Source: a virus (Duplodnaviria > Heunggongvirae > Uroviricota > Caudoviricetes). Taken from it: a stretch of DNA of 64,000 bases. Below, in pieces: positions 51,450-60,665 of this stretch. Each line of letters opens with the position of its first letter. The first letter of the stretch is position 1. A program made the translations under genes and the position numbers. Below the pieces are notes generated by a model. It saw only the letters and a list, made by a program, of their open reading frames with translations, was not told where the DNA came from and ran no database searches. Location of the stretch: the IMG/VR virus record IMGVR_UViG_3300034072_002212, positions 30,417 to 94,416 of that record; one strand, written 5' to 3'.

Positions 51450-52184
51450 TTAGCGGATGGATTCGAGGATGCTCTTAATCTGGTCCTGAGCGGCCAGAGC
51501 GTTTGCCTTGGCTACATTGAAGCGAGTCTTGAACACTTCAGCAGCCGCAGTTTCACCAAGTTCCATGGAACGCTGGTAGCGCGACTTGTGGCTAACGGTT
51601 TCCTTGCGGTAACGGCTGAACTCTTCCTCGAGCTCAACAACTTCCTGAACACGCGAGCTCTCAAAGGCCAGACCCTTGTTCATGAGCTTCATGATCGCCT
51701 GTGCCGACTCCTGTAGCTTGAGATCGCTGACAAGATCACGACGCTGATTGTCGACCACGTTGTAGGAACGAAATTCCTTGCCATTGCTCTCACGGAGCGA
51801 GATCAGAACCTCATATGGTGCGCCACCGGCAATTGGAACGTTCTGGTGGAAGTGGTTGCTCTCAACGAGAGCCTGAGGCTGACGCTGTGGCGCAGACGAT
51901 TCGCCGCCGTCCAGTGCGTTCAGCTTATTGAGAATGTTCTTCATTGCGTCCACTTCTTCGCGGCTAGTGCCGAAAGAAGGCATGTAGGCAGGAGCAGCTG
52001 GTGCGCGGCTCTCATGAAGAGGACGCTGGGTGCCTGCGTAACCGCCTGAGTAGTGGGCCTGCTGTGGCTGCTGAACTGCGGGAACAGAACCACCGCCTTC
52101 GCCACCGTTCATGATCTTGAGCAGACGAGCCATTTCAGCCTTGTCCGCGTTGCTTGGGCCCATAGGGATGAGAGAGTTCGACAT
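51450..52184 (-). CDS. Hypothetical protein (244 aa)
   Basis: ORF only. Confidence 0.45.
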   Translation of the reverse strand: MSNSLIPMGPSNADKAEMARLLKIMNGGEGGGSVPAVQQPQQAHYSGGYAGTQRPLHESRAPAAPAYMPSFGTSREEVDAMKNILNKLNALDGGESSAPQRQPQALVESNHFHQNVPIAGGAPYEVLISLRESNGKEFRSYNVVDNQRRDLVSDLKLQESAQAIMKLMNKGLAFESSRVQEVVELEEEFSRYRKETVSHKSRYQRSMELGETAAAEVFKTRFNVAKANALAAQDQIKSILESIR

Positions 52185-52185
52185 A

Positions 52186-52416
52186 TTATCTCCAAAGGTC
52201 GTCTAGCTTGCTTACCACATAGTAGAGAGATCCATCACGCTGGGTCCTTTCCAGGACACCTCGGCTGACCATCTTGCGGGCAACTTCACGCTGACGTTCA
52301 TCAAGTTCACTGCGCTTGATGAAGTTTCCCTCCTGAGATTCAATCAAGTCGATCAGACCCTGTTCCTCATTGGAAACAGGGATCTGAATACCACCTCGAA
52401 TCTCACGAAAGCGCAT
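52186..52416 (-). CDS. Hypothetical small protein (76 aa)
   Basis: Translationally coupled ORF. Confidence 0.4.
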   Translation of the reverse strand: MRFREIRGGIQIPVSNEEQGLIDLIESQEGNFIKRSELDERQREVARKMVSRGVLERTQRDGSLYYVVSKLDDLWR

Positions 52417-52417
52417 C

Positions 52418-53809
52418 TTACTTCTTCAGACGACGCTGTTCGCCAAGGTAATCACGGCCCATCATCTGGGCCTGGTTGGTGAGATCCTGAAGTTTCTGGA
52501 TCAGACTCTTGTATTCCGAGAGACGAATGTCTGCCAGCATGGACTGAATGCCATTAAGGCTGTCTTCAATCTGCGCCATTGCTTCGCTCTGGGTTGGCGC
52601 AGCCGGAGCCATGCCAGGAACTGGTTCAACTGGGTCAGTGCCAAGAGCACCAGGAACACCAGCATCAGCAGGAATGTCCATAGCGTCATCACCTGGGAGA
52701 GCCATGTCGTCTGCTGGGGCGTCCATACCGCCGTCCATGTCAGCCATTGGCTCTTCGACAGGATCAGCACCCATGCCATCAATGTCCATGTCAGCGGGGA
52801 CTTCTTCACCGCCAACTGGACCAGCAGCTAGGACACCCTCTGGGTCAATCTCTGGAGCATCAGCAACTTCGATACCTTCGAAGTCATCTTCTGCCATATT
52901 GCGTGGAAGACCTGCGAGTTCGCGCAGGCGGAAAAGTGGATTCACTGGCTGCATGCCCATCACTCCCTCGTTCAAGTGGCTAACTTCGGTTTCGCTGACC
53001 ATTTCCAGCTGACCGTTCATGATGACACCAATGGTGCCGTTTGGACCGCGAGGGATCTTGACCTGGCCTGCAATATCGCCGACCATGACGTCCTCGCCAA
53101 TTGCGAAATCGATCTCCTCGTCGAAACGAGGCTTGTGCTTGGCGCCACGGCCAAACTTGTCCTGCTTGCGGGGATCCTTGCCGTTATCATGATAACCAGC
53201 ACCGCTGCGAACCTTTACGGCAGCAACCATTGGATTACGGGGTTTCATGTCGGCAATTTTTTCACGAGCTTCACGCTCGCGCTTCTTGGAATTCTTGCTC
53301 ATCTTTTCCTCAATTTCAACGGAGTCACGCACCGTTGGCTTCCTGAGGATCTCAGACAGAGCACGGCCGGTGCGATAAGCCACATCACGGTCACCACATT
53401 CGATGCGGTAAGCCATTGGGCTGGTAGCCTGATACTCTACCTGATTTTCATCCAGCCAGTCAAGAACTCGGTCACGAGTCTGCTCAGAGACTTCAACGGC
53501 GTAGCTGAAGCCTTCATTGAGCTTGGTCATGACACCAAAGGTTTCATCAAGAGCCTGACCAGAGCGGACGCTCTCATACTTGGCACCTAGATAGTTGTCA
53601 CCCATGTTGTTTCTCCCTAGCTTGATACCATATTTACCAAGGATTTTCTCGGCTTCGATCTGACCACGAGCGGGCCTATCATTCCTATTGAGTGCGTTGA
53701 CGAGGTTCATGAGATCGTTACCGTCGATCTCACCCTTGAGGCGGTCAGCGGCTTCCTGGCTAACGCCACGACGCACGAGCTCAGCAGAGATGTCCATCTG
53801 ATCAACCAT
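52418..53809 (-). CDS. Hypothetical protein with acidic Met/Asp/Pro/Ala-rich segment (463 aa)
   Basis: Long ORF. Its start overlaps the upstream small ORF by 8 nt. Confidence 0.5.
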   Translation of the reverse strand: MVDQMDISAELVRRGVSQEAADRLKGEIDGNDLMNLVNALNRNDRPARGQIEAEKILGKYGIKLGRNNMGDNYLGAKYESVRSGQALDETFGVMTKLNEGFSYAVEVSEQTRDRVLDWLDENQVEYQATSPMAYRIECGDRDVAYRTGRALSEILRKPTVRDSVEIEEKMSKNSKKREREAREKIADMKPRNPMVAAVKVRSGAGYHDNGKDPRKQDKFGRGAKHKPRFDEEIDFAIGEDVMVGDIAGQVKIPRGPNGTIGVIMNGQLEMVSETEVSHLNEGVMGMQPVNPLFRLRELAGLPRNMAEDDFEGIEVADAPEIDPEGVLAAGPVGGEEVPADMDIDGMGADPVEEPMADMDGGMDAPADDMALPGDDAMDIPADAGVPGALGTDPVEPVPGMAPAAPTQSEAMAQIEDSLNGIQSMLADIRLSEYKSLIQKLQDLTNQAQMMGRDYLGEQRRLKK

Positions 53810-53978
53810 TCTTCTTAGCCTTCTTTACCACAATACGGGTCTTGACCTTTGGCCCACGATTCTCGCGAATGATTTGATCGAACTGACGCGCCCACAGATT
53901 CTTGGCATGTTCCAAGAACTTGCGTTCTTCGGCAGTCATTGACAGGGGTTCATCACCCAAGAGCTCAGAAAGAGTCAT
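53802..53978 (-). CDS. Small basic protein (58 aa), not in the supplied track
   Basis: MTLSELLGDEPLSMTAEERKFLEHAKNLWARQFDQIIRENRGPKVKTRIVVKKAKKNG. Its stop overlaps the next start (ATGGTTGA). Preceded by CTAAATACC. Confidence 0.3.
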   Translation of the reverse strand: MTLSELLGDEPLSMTAEERKFLEHAKNLWARQFDQIIRENRGPKVKTRIVVKKAKKNG

Positions 53979-54007
53979 CACTTACTCACTATTAGGATAT
54001 CCGCAGG

Positions 54008-54014
54008 TATTTAG
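54008..54014 (-). promoter_or_regulatory. Late-promoter-like CTAAATA motif, minus-strand member of a divergent pair
   Basis: 30 nt upstream of the small ORF start at 53978. Confidence 0.4.
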
Positions 54015-54080
54015 CGTATCACCAATGTTGCGAGCCCAATATGGGTAGTTAAAGCGGGACAACCCAGACAGCACTTTGCG

Positions 54081-54089
54081 GTAAATACC
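54081..54089 (+). promoter_or_regulatory. Late-promoter-like GTAAATACC motif, plus-strand member of the divergent pair
   Basis: About 34 nt upstream of the ATG at 54123, with an AGGAGA ribosome-binding site at 54106. Confidence 0.35.
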
Positions 54090-54122
54090 ATAGCAATTCC
54101 GCGAGCTAGGAGACGGCTGTTC

Positions 54123-54368
54123 ATGGGTGACATCTTTAAGAGCCTGGTCGAAATGCTCGCTAAGGGCGACGGCGGTGCCTTGACGGCACTACTGCTTGGT
54201 ATCATCGGTATTCTGGGCTGGTATGTCTGGCGCCTGACTAAGCAGTTGGAAAAGAAAGACGAAAAGATCTACAAGATCATCGACGACTATTCCAAGAACA
54301 ACATCACCATCACCGAAGCAATGAACGGTTTGAAGATGGTGCTCATCGAGATCAAGGCGAAACTGTAA
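54123..54368 (+). CDS. Small single-TM membrane protein (81 aa)
   Basis: GGALTALLLGIIGILGWYVW transmembrane helix followed by a charged tail. Confidence 0.4.
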   Translation: MGDIFKSLVEMLAKGDGGALTALLLGIIGILGWYVWRLTKQLEKKDEKIYKIIDDYSKNNITITEAMNGLKMVLIEIKAKL

Positions 54369-54369
54369 A

Positions 54370-56040
54370 ATGTTGAAGTGGATCTTTGAGAACAAAGCCG
54401 CAGCCGAAAAGAAGAAGCAACGCGAGGATGTTCTCAAGGCTGCTCTTGAATCTGGTGAGGCACTGGAGCGGGCCGCTAAGGGCACAATGAACCTGGCTCA
54501 GGATGTTACTGAGACTCTCCAGGCGAAGATTGATGACTACGCCGCGCAGATCGACCAAACCTCCCGCCTCCTAAGTGACGCACTCATGCTGGTCAGCGTC
54601 GATGGTGAGATTCAGAGCTTTAACCCAGCTGCTGAAACCATGTTTGGTTGGAAAAAGCGCGAGGTCATTGGCAAGAAGATCTCCACCATCTTCCAGTTCT
54701 CCCAAGAAACTGTTGTGAACAGTGAGTTCATGGAAAATCTCGTTGGCAAGGTCAACGACGATGATGAGTTCACGTCAGTCCACCATGAAGAGTTCATGGG
54801 CCTCTGCAAGGATGGTACCACGATCTACATTGACGTAGGCGCCAGCAAGTTCGTTCGCAGTGACAAGAAGATCTATTACATCATGCTTGTCCGCAACGTC
54901 ACACAACGCGTCAACAATAGCAAGATGATCCGAGAACTTGCTGAACGCAACCAGGAACTCCTGACTACTATTGATGCGTCCTCAACTGGTTTCATGATCC
55001 TGACCCCCGATGGTTCAGATTTCAACATCAGCTTCGTCAATGAGGGTTTTGCCAAGCTCACTGGTATGAAGCGTGCTCAGATCCGCAAAATGAGTATCAG
55101 GGATCTCTTTGGAGTTGAGTCCACATTCTGGGCTATCCGTCGAACCCTCATCGAGGGCACTGAAGGCCGTCACGAGGTTCAGTTTGAAATCGGTATGAGC
55201 CAGACCACTTGGTTTGAAGTCCACATCACCCCAGTGAAGAAGGGCATGCAACCAGTTCAGTGGATTTTGGTCTTCTATGATACGACTGAGCTCAAGAAAG
55301 CCTATCATGCGCTCAGCAAGAGTGAAGCGCACTTCCGAGCATTCTCGGATGCCAGCTCTGAAAGCATGATCATTCACGATTACAAGACCCTCATGGATTG
55401 GAACGATCGCGTAGCTCTGCTGACTGGCTACAATGACGCAGAGATCGAGAAGATGAACTTCTTCGACTTCCTACATCCTCTTCAGAGGGAAGAGGCCATG
55501 TCGAAGCAAGACCTCAGTATCGATGGCAGCTACGAAACCTTGTTCATGACCAAGACTGGTGATGTCAAGGAAGTCGCAGTGAACAGTCGTGCGATTGAGT
55601 GGGACAACGCTGAGGCACAGATCGCTATCGTGCGCGACATCACCGAGTTCAAGGACATCGAGACTCAGCTGAAGAACTCGAGGGAGCGTTACAAGACGGT
55701 CATCGAGAACACTATTGACATGGTGATCTGCTTCAACAGCAACTTTGAGATCACGTTCAGCAATCAGACGTTCCGAGACTACTTTGATGTGGAACTCGAG
55801 GATATCAATGGCTTCTCGCTCCTGGAAATCATCCCAGAGAGTGACCACAAGAAGTTCAAGGAGTATATGCTGAGTATCACTCCTGAACAGGATATTCGTC
55901 GCGGCGTTCACCGCGTTCAGCGTCATGATGAGACCCGTTGGCAGGATTGGATCGATCGTGGCATCTTTGATGAAGAGGGTAATCTGATCGAGATCCAGAG
56001 TGTGGCCCGAGACATTCAGCACCTGATGCCCAGCCAATAA
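54370..56040 (+). CDS. Multi-PAS domain protein (four PAS/PAC modules, no output domain)
   Basis: Four repeats of the PAS core pattern (for example VSVDGEIQSFNPAAETMFGWKKREVIGKKI and ILTPDGSDFNISFVNEGFAKLTGMKRAQIRKMSI). Confidence 0.65.
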   Translation: MLKWIFENKAAAEKKKQREDVLKAALESGEALERAAKGTMNLAQDVTETLQAKIDDYAAQIDQTSRLLSDALMLVSVDGEIQSFNPAAETMFGWKKREVIGKKISTIFQFSQETVVNSEFMENLVGKVNDDDEFTSVHHEEFMGLCKDGTTIYIDVGASKFVRSDKKIYYIMLVRNVTQRVNNSKMIRELAERNQELLTTIDASSTGFMILTPDGSDFNISFVNEGFAKLTGMKRAQIRKMSIRDLFGVESTFWAIRRTLIEGTEGRHEVQFEIGMSQTTWFEVHITPVKKGMQPVQWILVFYDTTELKKAYHALSKSEAHFRAFSDASSESMIIHDYKTLMDWNDRVALLTGYNDAEIEKMNFFDFLHPLQREEAMSKQDLSIDGSYETLFMTKTGDVKEVAVNSRAIEWDNAEAQIAIVRDITEFKDIETQLKNSRERYKTVIENTIDMVICFNSNFEITFSNQTFRDYFDVELEDINGFSLLEIIPESDHKKFKEYMLSITPEQDIRRGVHRVQRHDETRWQDWIDRGIFDEEGNLIEIQSVARDIQHLMPSQ

Positions 56041-56099
56041 GCGGTTGACGTTCTGATTTGTGGTGTTAGCCTCCAAACATCAAAAGGAGGTTACACCAA

Positions 56100-56357
56100 A
56101 TGCTCAACGGCAATTTCCGACTCAATATGTATCGTGGTACCGCTCGGTTCGGTGACGACACCGCCCGCAAGCGCATCTACGACTACCTGACCAAGCTTCC
56201 GGGCAGCGTCTTCGCCTATGACAACAAGGAAGTCACCGGATCGATCGTCGCCGACTTCGCAACCCGCGAAGAGCGTGATGAATTCCTCGCCCGCTTCGGC
56301 CGCGGCACCATCGTCCAGACCGCCAAGACCGCCGGCCATCTCGCCGTCGCGGCCTAA
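56100..56357 (+). CDS. Hypothetical small protein (85 aa)
   Basis: ORF followed by a strong terminator. Confidence 0.4.
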   Translation: MLNGNFRLNMYRGTARFGDDTARKRIYDYLTKLPGSVFAYDNKEVTGSIVADFATREERDEFLARFGRGTIVQTAKTAGHLAVAA

Positions 56358-56369
56358 GCCAGACACGGA

Positions 56370-56408
56370 GAAGCCCCGGACGTTGCCGTCCGGGGCTTCT
56401 TTGTCTCT
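56370..56408 (+). terminator. Rho-independent terminator
   Basis: GAAGCCCCGGACG-ttgc-CGTCCGGGGCTTC followed by TTTGTCTCT. Confidence 0.7.
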
Positions 56409-56423
56409 AGTTCTAATCTAGGA

Positions 56424-56786
56424 TTAGAACTCGAAAGCTGCGATAGCAACAGTCACCGTGTTATCGTTCAGCGCAGCGCGGAGGCCAGCCTGAACCTTAG
56501 CAGCGAAGCCCGAGAGAGTCTCGTTGTCGCCAGCTGCGTCGGTGCCGAAGATGTCGTTGTGCTCAACAGCGAAACGGAAGCCGGTTGCCGAAACCTTACC
56601 GATAACAACTGGCTGTGCGCGAACCGAGATGAGCTCGATCAGCTTGTCGAGAGCAACCGAGTGTGCCTCTTCAGTGCCAGTGGTTGCAGTCAGGTCGACG
56701 TTAGCAACAGTGACGGTGAACATTGGAAGACCGCCCGACAGGAACTGATCGGGAGCCTTTGCGAAGCCGTGAACCTTCTGAGTCAT
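56424..56786 (-). CDS. Hypothetical protein (120 aa)
   Basis: ORF only. Confidence 0.45.
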   Translation of the reverse strand: MTQKVHGFAKAPDQFLSGGLPMFTVTVANVDLTATTGTEEAHSVALDKLIELISVRAQPVVIGKVSATGFRFAVEHNDIFGTDAAGDNETLSGFAAKVQAGLRAALNDNTVTVAIAAFEF

Positions 56787-56861
56787 TGTGAATTCTCCTA
56801 AAAGAGAGTTTCTGTTCGTTTATTTATCAACCAGCTTGAAAACTGGTGTTATAAGCGTAGC

Positions 56862-57302
56862 ATGTCAATCACCAAGATCTACAAGTCTGAATACGGCGCT
56901 TGGGTCAACATGCGTCATCGCTGCTAGAACTCTAAGCATCCACAATACAAAGATTATGGAGGCAGGGGTATATCAATCTGTCCCTCCTGGGGCACATTTG
57001 ATCAGTTCTTTCAAGACGTTGGACCAAAACCTAGTCCTGAGCTAACCCTTGAGCGTCTTGACAACAATGGCAACTATGAGCCAGGAAATGTAGCTTGGCG
57101 ATCTCGATCAGAACAGCAAAAGAATCGGAGAAAACATAGCAAGTCCACTGATCGTCTAATCACGTTCAACAACCGGACTCAAACCCTAGAAGATTGGGCA
57201 AAGGAAACCGGAATCAAACGCTCAACTCTACAGATGAGGCTTGACTCCGGTTGGTCTGTTTCTGATGCTCTGACGAAGCCGGTCAGAAGCTATGGCTTTT
57301 AG
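56862..57302 (+). pseudogene. HNH-like homing-endonuclease gene interrupted by a single in-frame TAG (56925-56927)
   Basis: MSITKIYKSEYGAWVNMRHRC * NSKHPQYKDYGGRGISICPSWGTFDQFFQDVGPKP...LERLDNNGNYEPGNVAWRSRSEQQKNRR...TLEDWAKETGIKRSTLQMRLDSGWSVSDAL is continuous apart from one amber codon. The pattern matches what I recall of a phage HNH-type homing-endonuclease family (WxNMxxRC, YGGRGI, LDRIDNNGNYEPGN). Confidence 0.5.
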
Positions 57303-57523
57303 CGGCGGATTACAGGCGCAGCCTCGCTGGTCTTCTTGCGCTTCTTCTTGCGTTCAGCAGCATCATAGATGCCCTTGTGACCGTTGGGATCAAAGCCAGC
57401 ACCAATAGCGCCGCCTCCGGCTTTGCCACCATTACCAACCACAGTCGCAATGTTGCCCGATGCTGTGGCACCCGAAGATGCCGTTTCGTTTACCTTCTGT
57501 CCAACAATCTCGCTCCAGCGCAT
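57299..57523 (-). CDS. Hypothetical small protein (74 aa), Gly/Ala-rich
   Basis: ORF only. Low confidence. Confidence 0.3.
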   Translation of the reverse strand: MRWSEIVGQKVNETASSGATASGNIATVVGNGGKAGGGAIGAGFDPNGHKGIYDAAERKKKRKKTSEAAPVIRR

Positions 57524-58431
57524 TACTTCACCTTGATACCATAGCTCTTGAATATGTCGGTCGGAATATCCGCCTTCAGGCTATTTAAGCGTTCAAGATA
57601 GATATCGCAGATCTTCTTCCAATCGGCCGCATTGTAGTTATAGCGGGTAGTCACGGCAATCTGCTCAAAGGTGTTCAAACCTTCGGGATGATGATGTTCA
57701 CCCATGATCATCTCAGTGACGACCTTTGGGTCCTTGACCACGCTGGCACGCGCCTTGACTGCGCTGGGAAATTCCTTGAGGAACTCTTCCTCAGTGACTT
57801 CCTTGAGCTCCTTAACACGAGCCTTGCCATCCTTTCGCATGGGCCGATAGCGGTAGCGCCACACGCAACCCTTATCGTGGAAGAACGTGGGACCCACGCG
57901 GGCAATCATCTCACCGTTTTCTTCCAAGACCCAATCACTGTTGAAAGCAACCAGAGCCTTGATGAACTCAGTGCGGTAGAGACCCTTGAGGGCCGAGGTG
58001 TCAGCCTGCTGTCGCCAATAGCATCGTGAATACTGGACATTTTGGTCAATCTTGGCCGAATAGTAGCTGAACTTCTGCCACTCGTAGTCACCAAACATGA
58101 AGTCAACCTGAACATAGCCAAGTGCCGGATCACCCTTGATAGGCACGGCCGTGAAGATCTGATTGTTGCCGAGGCGTGGCTTCACATGGTCTTCGCCCAG
58201 CAGCTCAATCAGCGCCTTCGCTACTTCTTCCTGATTGTAGAGTTCAATGTTCAGGTTGAGATCAAGATCGCCAGAGTCGGGATTCTTACCCGCCGATCCA
58301 AGGAGGTGCTCCATATAGTTTCCACCCTGGATCTTGGATCCAGACCAGTTACTGGTGAGCCAGTTCAGAGTAGGCTCAATCTCCTCAAGCCGAATCCTGC
58401 GAGTGATTCCCTCGAATGCTTTACCGCCCAT
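57523..58431 (-). CDS. Pol-beta-superfamily nucleotidyltransferase fold protein (function unknown), adjacent to RNA ligase
   Basis: LLGSAGKNPDSGDLDLNL fits the hG[GS]x(9-13)DhD nucleotidyltransferase signature. 302 aa. Confidence 0.4.
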   Translation of the reverse strand: MGGKAFEGITRRIRLEEIEPTLNWLTSNWSGSKIQGGNYMEHLLGSAGKNPDSGDLDLNLNIELYNQEEVAKALIELLGEDHVKPRLGNNQIFTAVPIKGDPALGYVQVDFMFGDYEWQKFSYYSAKIDQNVQYSRCYWRQQADTSALKGLYRTEFIKALVAFNSDWVLEENGEMIARVGPTFFHDKGCVWRYRYRPMRKDGKARVKELKEVTEEEFLKEFPSAVKARASVVKDPKVVTEMIMGEHHHPEGLNTFEQIAVTTRYNYNAADWKKICDIYLERLNSLKADIPTDIFKSYGIKVK

Positions 58432-59590
58432 CTTCGATTCTCTTTCTTGTGTCTCGGAACATATTCAGGGTGCGCTGAGCCAGCTGTCCTGAGTAACTGT
58501 AGAGGTGGGACTTGTCACCATACGACATCAGGTAGTGGAGGGGATGACGTCCGCTCTCGAACCGGTCCAGAAGCTGCCGTAGACGAGCTAGTCTCTTATC
58601 AATCGGCCAATCCTTGGTCCTACTGAGGAAGCTGGGACGTGCCGGACGACGTCCACCCACAATCATATATTTGATCCGGTGAGTAAACTGGTTTGCCACA
58701 CTGAATTGCTGGCGATCCACAATCTTGAATACACCATTATCAGTGGCGACCACTACACCTTCCTTGAAGGATCCAGCACCAATAACACTAGGCGTCTCAT
58801 GGATAAGAACCCTCTGCGCGATGTCCTTGAACAAGAGCACAATAGAGGAGAACACTTCTCGGAGTTCCTCCCGCTCCTTCATGAGTTCCTTCTTCAGTTC
58901 GTTCCAGTTGCGATCGCCACAGTTGGGATGCTTCTTTGACAAGCTGATATCAAGGACCTCGAGGATCGTGAAACCCTTGACATTGGACTCAGTAGGGAAC
59001 CAGCGATCCAGGACCTTCTTGAGTTTCTGAGCGTGTGGTCCAAGTCGTGACTGAACCCATGGCATAGAATGCGGCGGGTTGATCTTCACAAGCCAGTTCT
59101 GATTCTGGACCTTGCGCTCAATGTCCCAACCGTTATTGCTCAATAGGGTTTCGTGCTGGAAAGAGCACTGAAACTTCTCCATAACCTTGAAGAAGCTGTC
59201 ATTGACATCATAGTCGATGGTGGTGATTACCAGCATACCATTGAGGTGTATAGGCATCTGGTAAGGGACAGTGTTGGGGAGGCATCCCTGTAGGATCTCT
59301 GCTCCCATACCTTGACCTGGACCAATGAGACCTTCCTTGCGGAGACCTTCAACTACCATACCAGCAACCGTGTGGCCAATCTTGTAGGTATCGGCCCAGC
59401 ACTCTTCAGGAAACTCCTCGAGGGTGTAGGTCTTGGAACCGCCTTTGCGCTGGGTGTAGAAGAAGCCTTCATCATCAAGGCCAAACTTGAGGTAGGATCC
59501 ATCAAGCTTTTCGCTCACCCACCACTGGAGGTCCAACGAATCATAGATCCGCTGGGCACTCAAATCTTCGAAGTGTGGAATACTGACCAT
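58421..59590 (-). CDS. ATP-dependent RNA ligase, T4 Rnl1-like
   Basis: Motif I SEKLDGSY (compare T4 Rnl1 KEDGSL), a later EGVVVATDNGVFKIVD block, 389 aa. Confidence 0.6.
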   Translation of the reverse strand: MVSIPHFEDLSAQRIYDSLDLQWWVSEKLDGSYLKFGLDDEGFFYTQRKGGSKTYTLEEFPEECWADTYKIGHTVAGMVVEGLRKEGLIGPGQGMGAEILQGCLPNTVPYQMPIHLNGMLVITTIDYDVNDSFFKVMEKFQCSFQHETLLSNNGWDIERKVQNQNWLVKINPPHSMPWVQSRLGPHAQKLKKVLDRWFPTESNVKGFTILEVLDISLSKKHPNCGDRNWNELKKELMKEREELREVFSSIVLLFKDIAQRVLIHETPSVIGAGSFKEGVVVATDNGVFKIVDRQQFSVANQFTHRIKYMIVGGRRPARPSFLSRTKDWPIDKRLARLRQLLDRFESGRHPLHYLMSYGDKSHLYSYSGQLAQRTLNMFRDTRKRIEDGR

Positions 59591-59621
59591 GCCCTGCGTT
59601 TAGCACGCTAGGGGCATGGTC
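59585..59621 (-). promoter_or_regulatory. 10-bp inverted repeat sequestering the RNA-ligase start codon
   Basis: GACCATGCCC-(17 nt)-GGGCATGGTC. The ATG at 59590-59588 lies inside the stem. A CTAAATAA late motif sits at 59627-59633. Confidence 0.45.
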
Positions 59622-59629
59622 CGCATTAT

Positions 59630-60643
59630 TTAGGTGCGTGCGCGGAGGAATGCGAACGCAATGAGGCCAAGATCCTGCATATCAGAATCGGTCATCTTGC
59701 TGATGCTGTCAACGTTCTTGACCTTGCGAGTCAAGCTCTCCAGCCATGGCTTGGTCTTTTGGAAATCGTTACGCAGAATTGCCCACATCTCTTCGGCATC
59801 ATACTGACCAGAAGGCTTGCTACCACCGGTGTTTGGGCTCAAGCGTCCGGTCTTACCACCCATCTGCTGGGCAGCGTCAGCGGTTGCTGCGGCCTGGTCA
59901 TTTCTTGGGCCATTGAGCAGGTATTCGTCGTTGATGCGAGCCGCGCTGCGATCCATGATCGCGCTAATGGTCTCACGATCTAGGATATCAGTTTCCTCGG
60001 CCTCGTTAATGGACTCAACGGCTTCTGGTTTCTCCACGTCACCCTTACTACGGTAGAAGGTCGAAGTGCCAAGAGTCAGCTTGTCACCAAATGGCATCTT
60101 ATCCAGCTTGGCCGTGATCTTCTTGCGATCCCATTCGCCGTTGGACTGACGATACTTCCTTGGGTCGTCACGGACCTCACCAGGTTCATTCTTCTTGTCA
60201 TCAACCTCAACAGCAACGCCAAGCTTTGCGAAGTCAGAGAGCTTGGTATTTAGATCCTTGGGGATAGGAACGCCTTCTTCTGGATCCCACTCATCACCCT
60301 TGGTCTCATTGCCAGTCTTGATCTTCTTCTCGACCTCTGGTTCTGTTCCATCTTCGTCATTGGCGTTATCCTCGTATGGGATGACTTCATCCAAGACTAC
60401 GTTGATGTCTTCGGGCGTGAAACCAATGCGAACAGCCATGAAGCGTTCTAGGTCTTCAATGGTGCCCTGACGGCCCGCTTGACCCAGCCACTTATAGTAT
60501 TCCTTCTTGAGGCGATCTGCCATTTCGGCACGTTCCTGGTTGCCCAGGCGCTGAGCCTTCTTGGCACCAAGCTTGTCACGCAGGTTCTGAACCCAGCCTT
60601 CGTTGAGGATCTGAGGCTTGGAGTTACCCTCGAGAAGATCCAT
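59630..60643 (-). CDS. Hypothetical protein (~338 aa); 5' end uncertain
   Basis: Track ORF runs to 60805, but its first 54 codons overlap the next gene and look non-native. The ATG at 60643 is proposed. Confidence 0.4.
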   Translation of the reverse strand: MDLLEGNSKPQILNEGWVQNLRDKLGAKKAQRLGNQERAEMADRLKKEYYKWLGQAGRQGTIEDLERFMAVRIGFTPEDINVVLDEVIPYEDNANDEDGTEPEVEKKIKTGNETKGDEWDPEEGVPIPKDLNTKLSDFAKLGVAVEVDDKKNEPGEVRDDPRKYRQSNGEWDRKKITAKLDKMPFGDKLTLGTSTFYRSKGDVEKPEAVESINEAEETDILDRETISAIMDRSAARINDEYLLNGPRNDQAAATADAAQQMGGKTGRLSPNTGGSKPSGQYDAEEMWAILRNDFQKTKPWLESLTRKVKNVDSISKMTDSDMQDLGLIAFAFLRART

Positions 60644-60665
60644 CAGTTGACGGATTCGTTCGCTT

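Noticed and set aside
56925-56927. In-frame TAG as evidence of amber recoding (alternative genetic code)
   Set aside because: TAG is used as an ordinary stop, for example by the hybrid histidine kinase at 35677. No other in-frame TAGs were seen in conserved genes. An isolated pseudogene or leaky stop is more likely.
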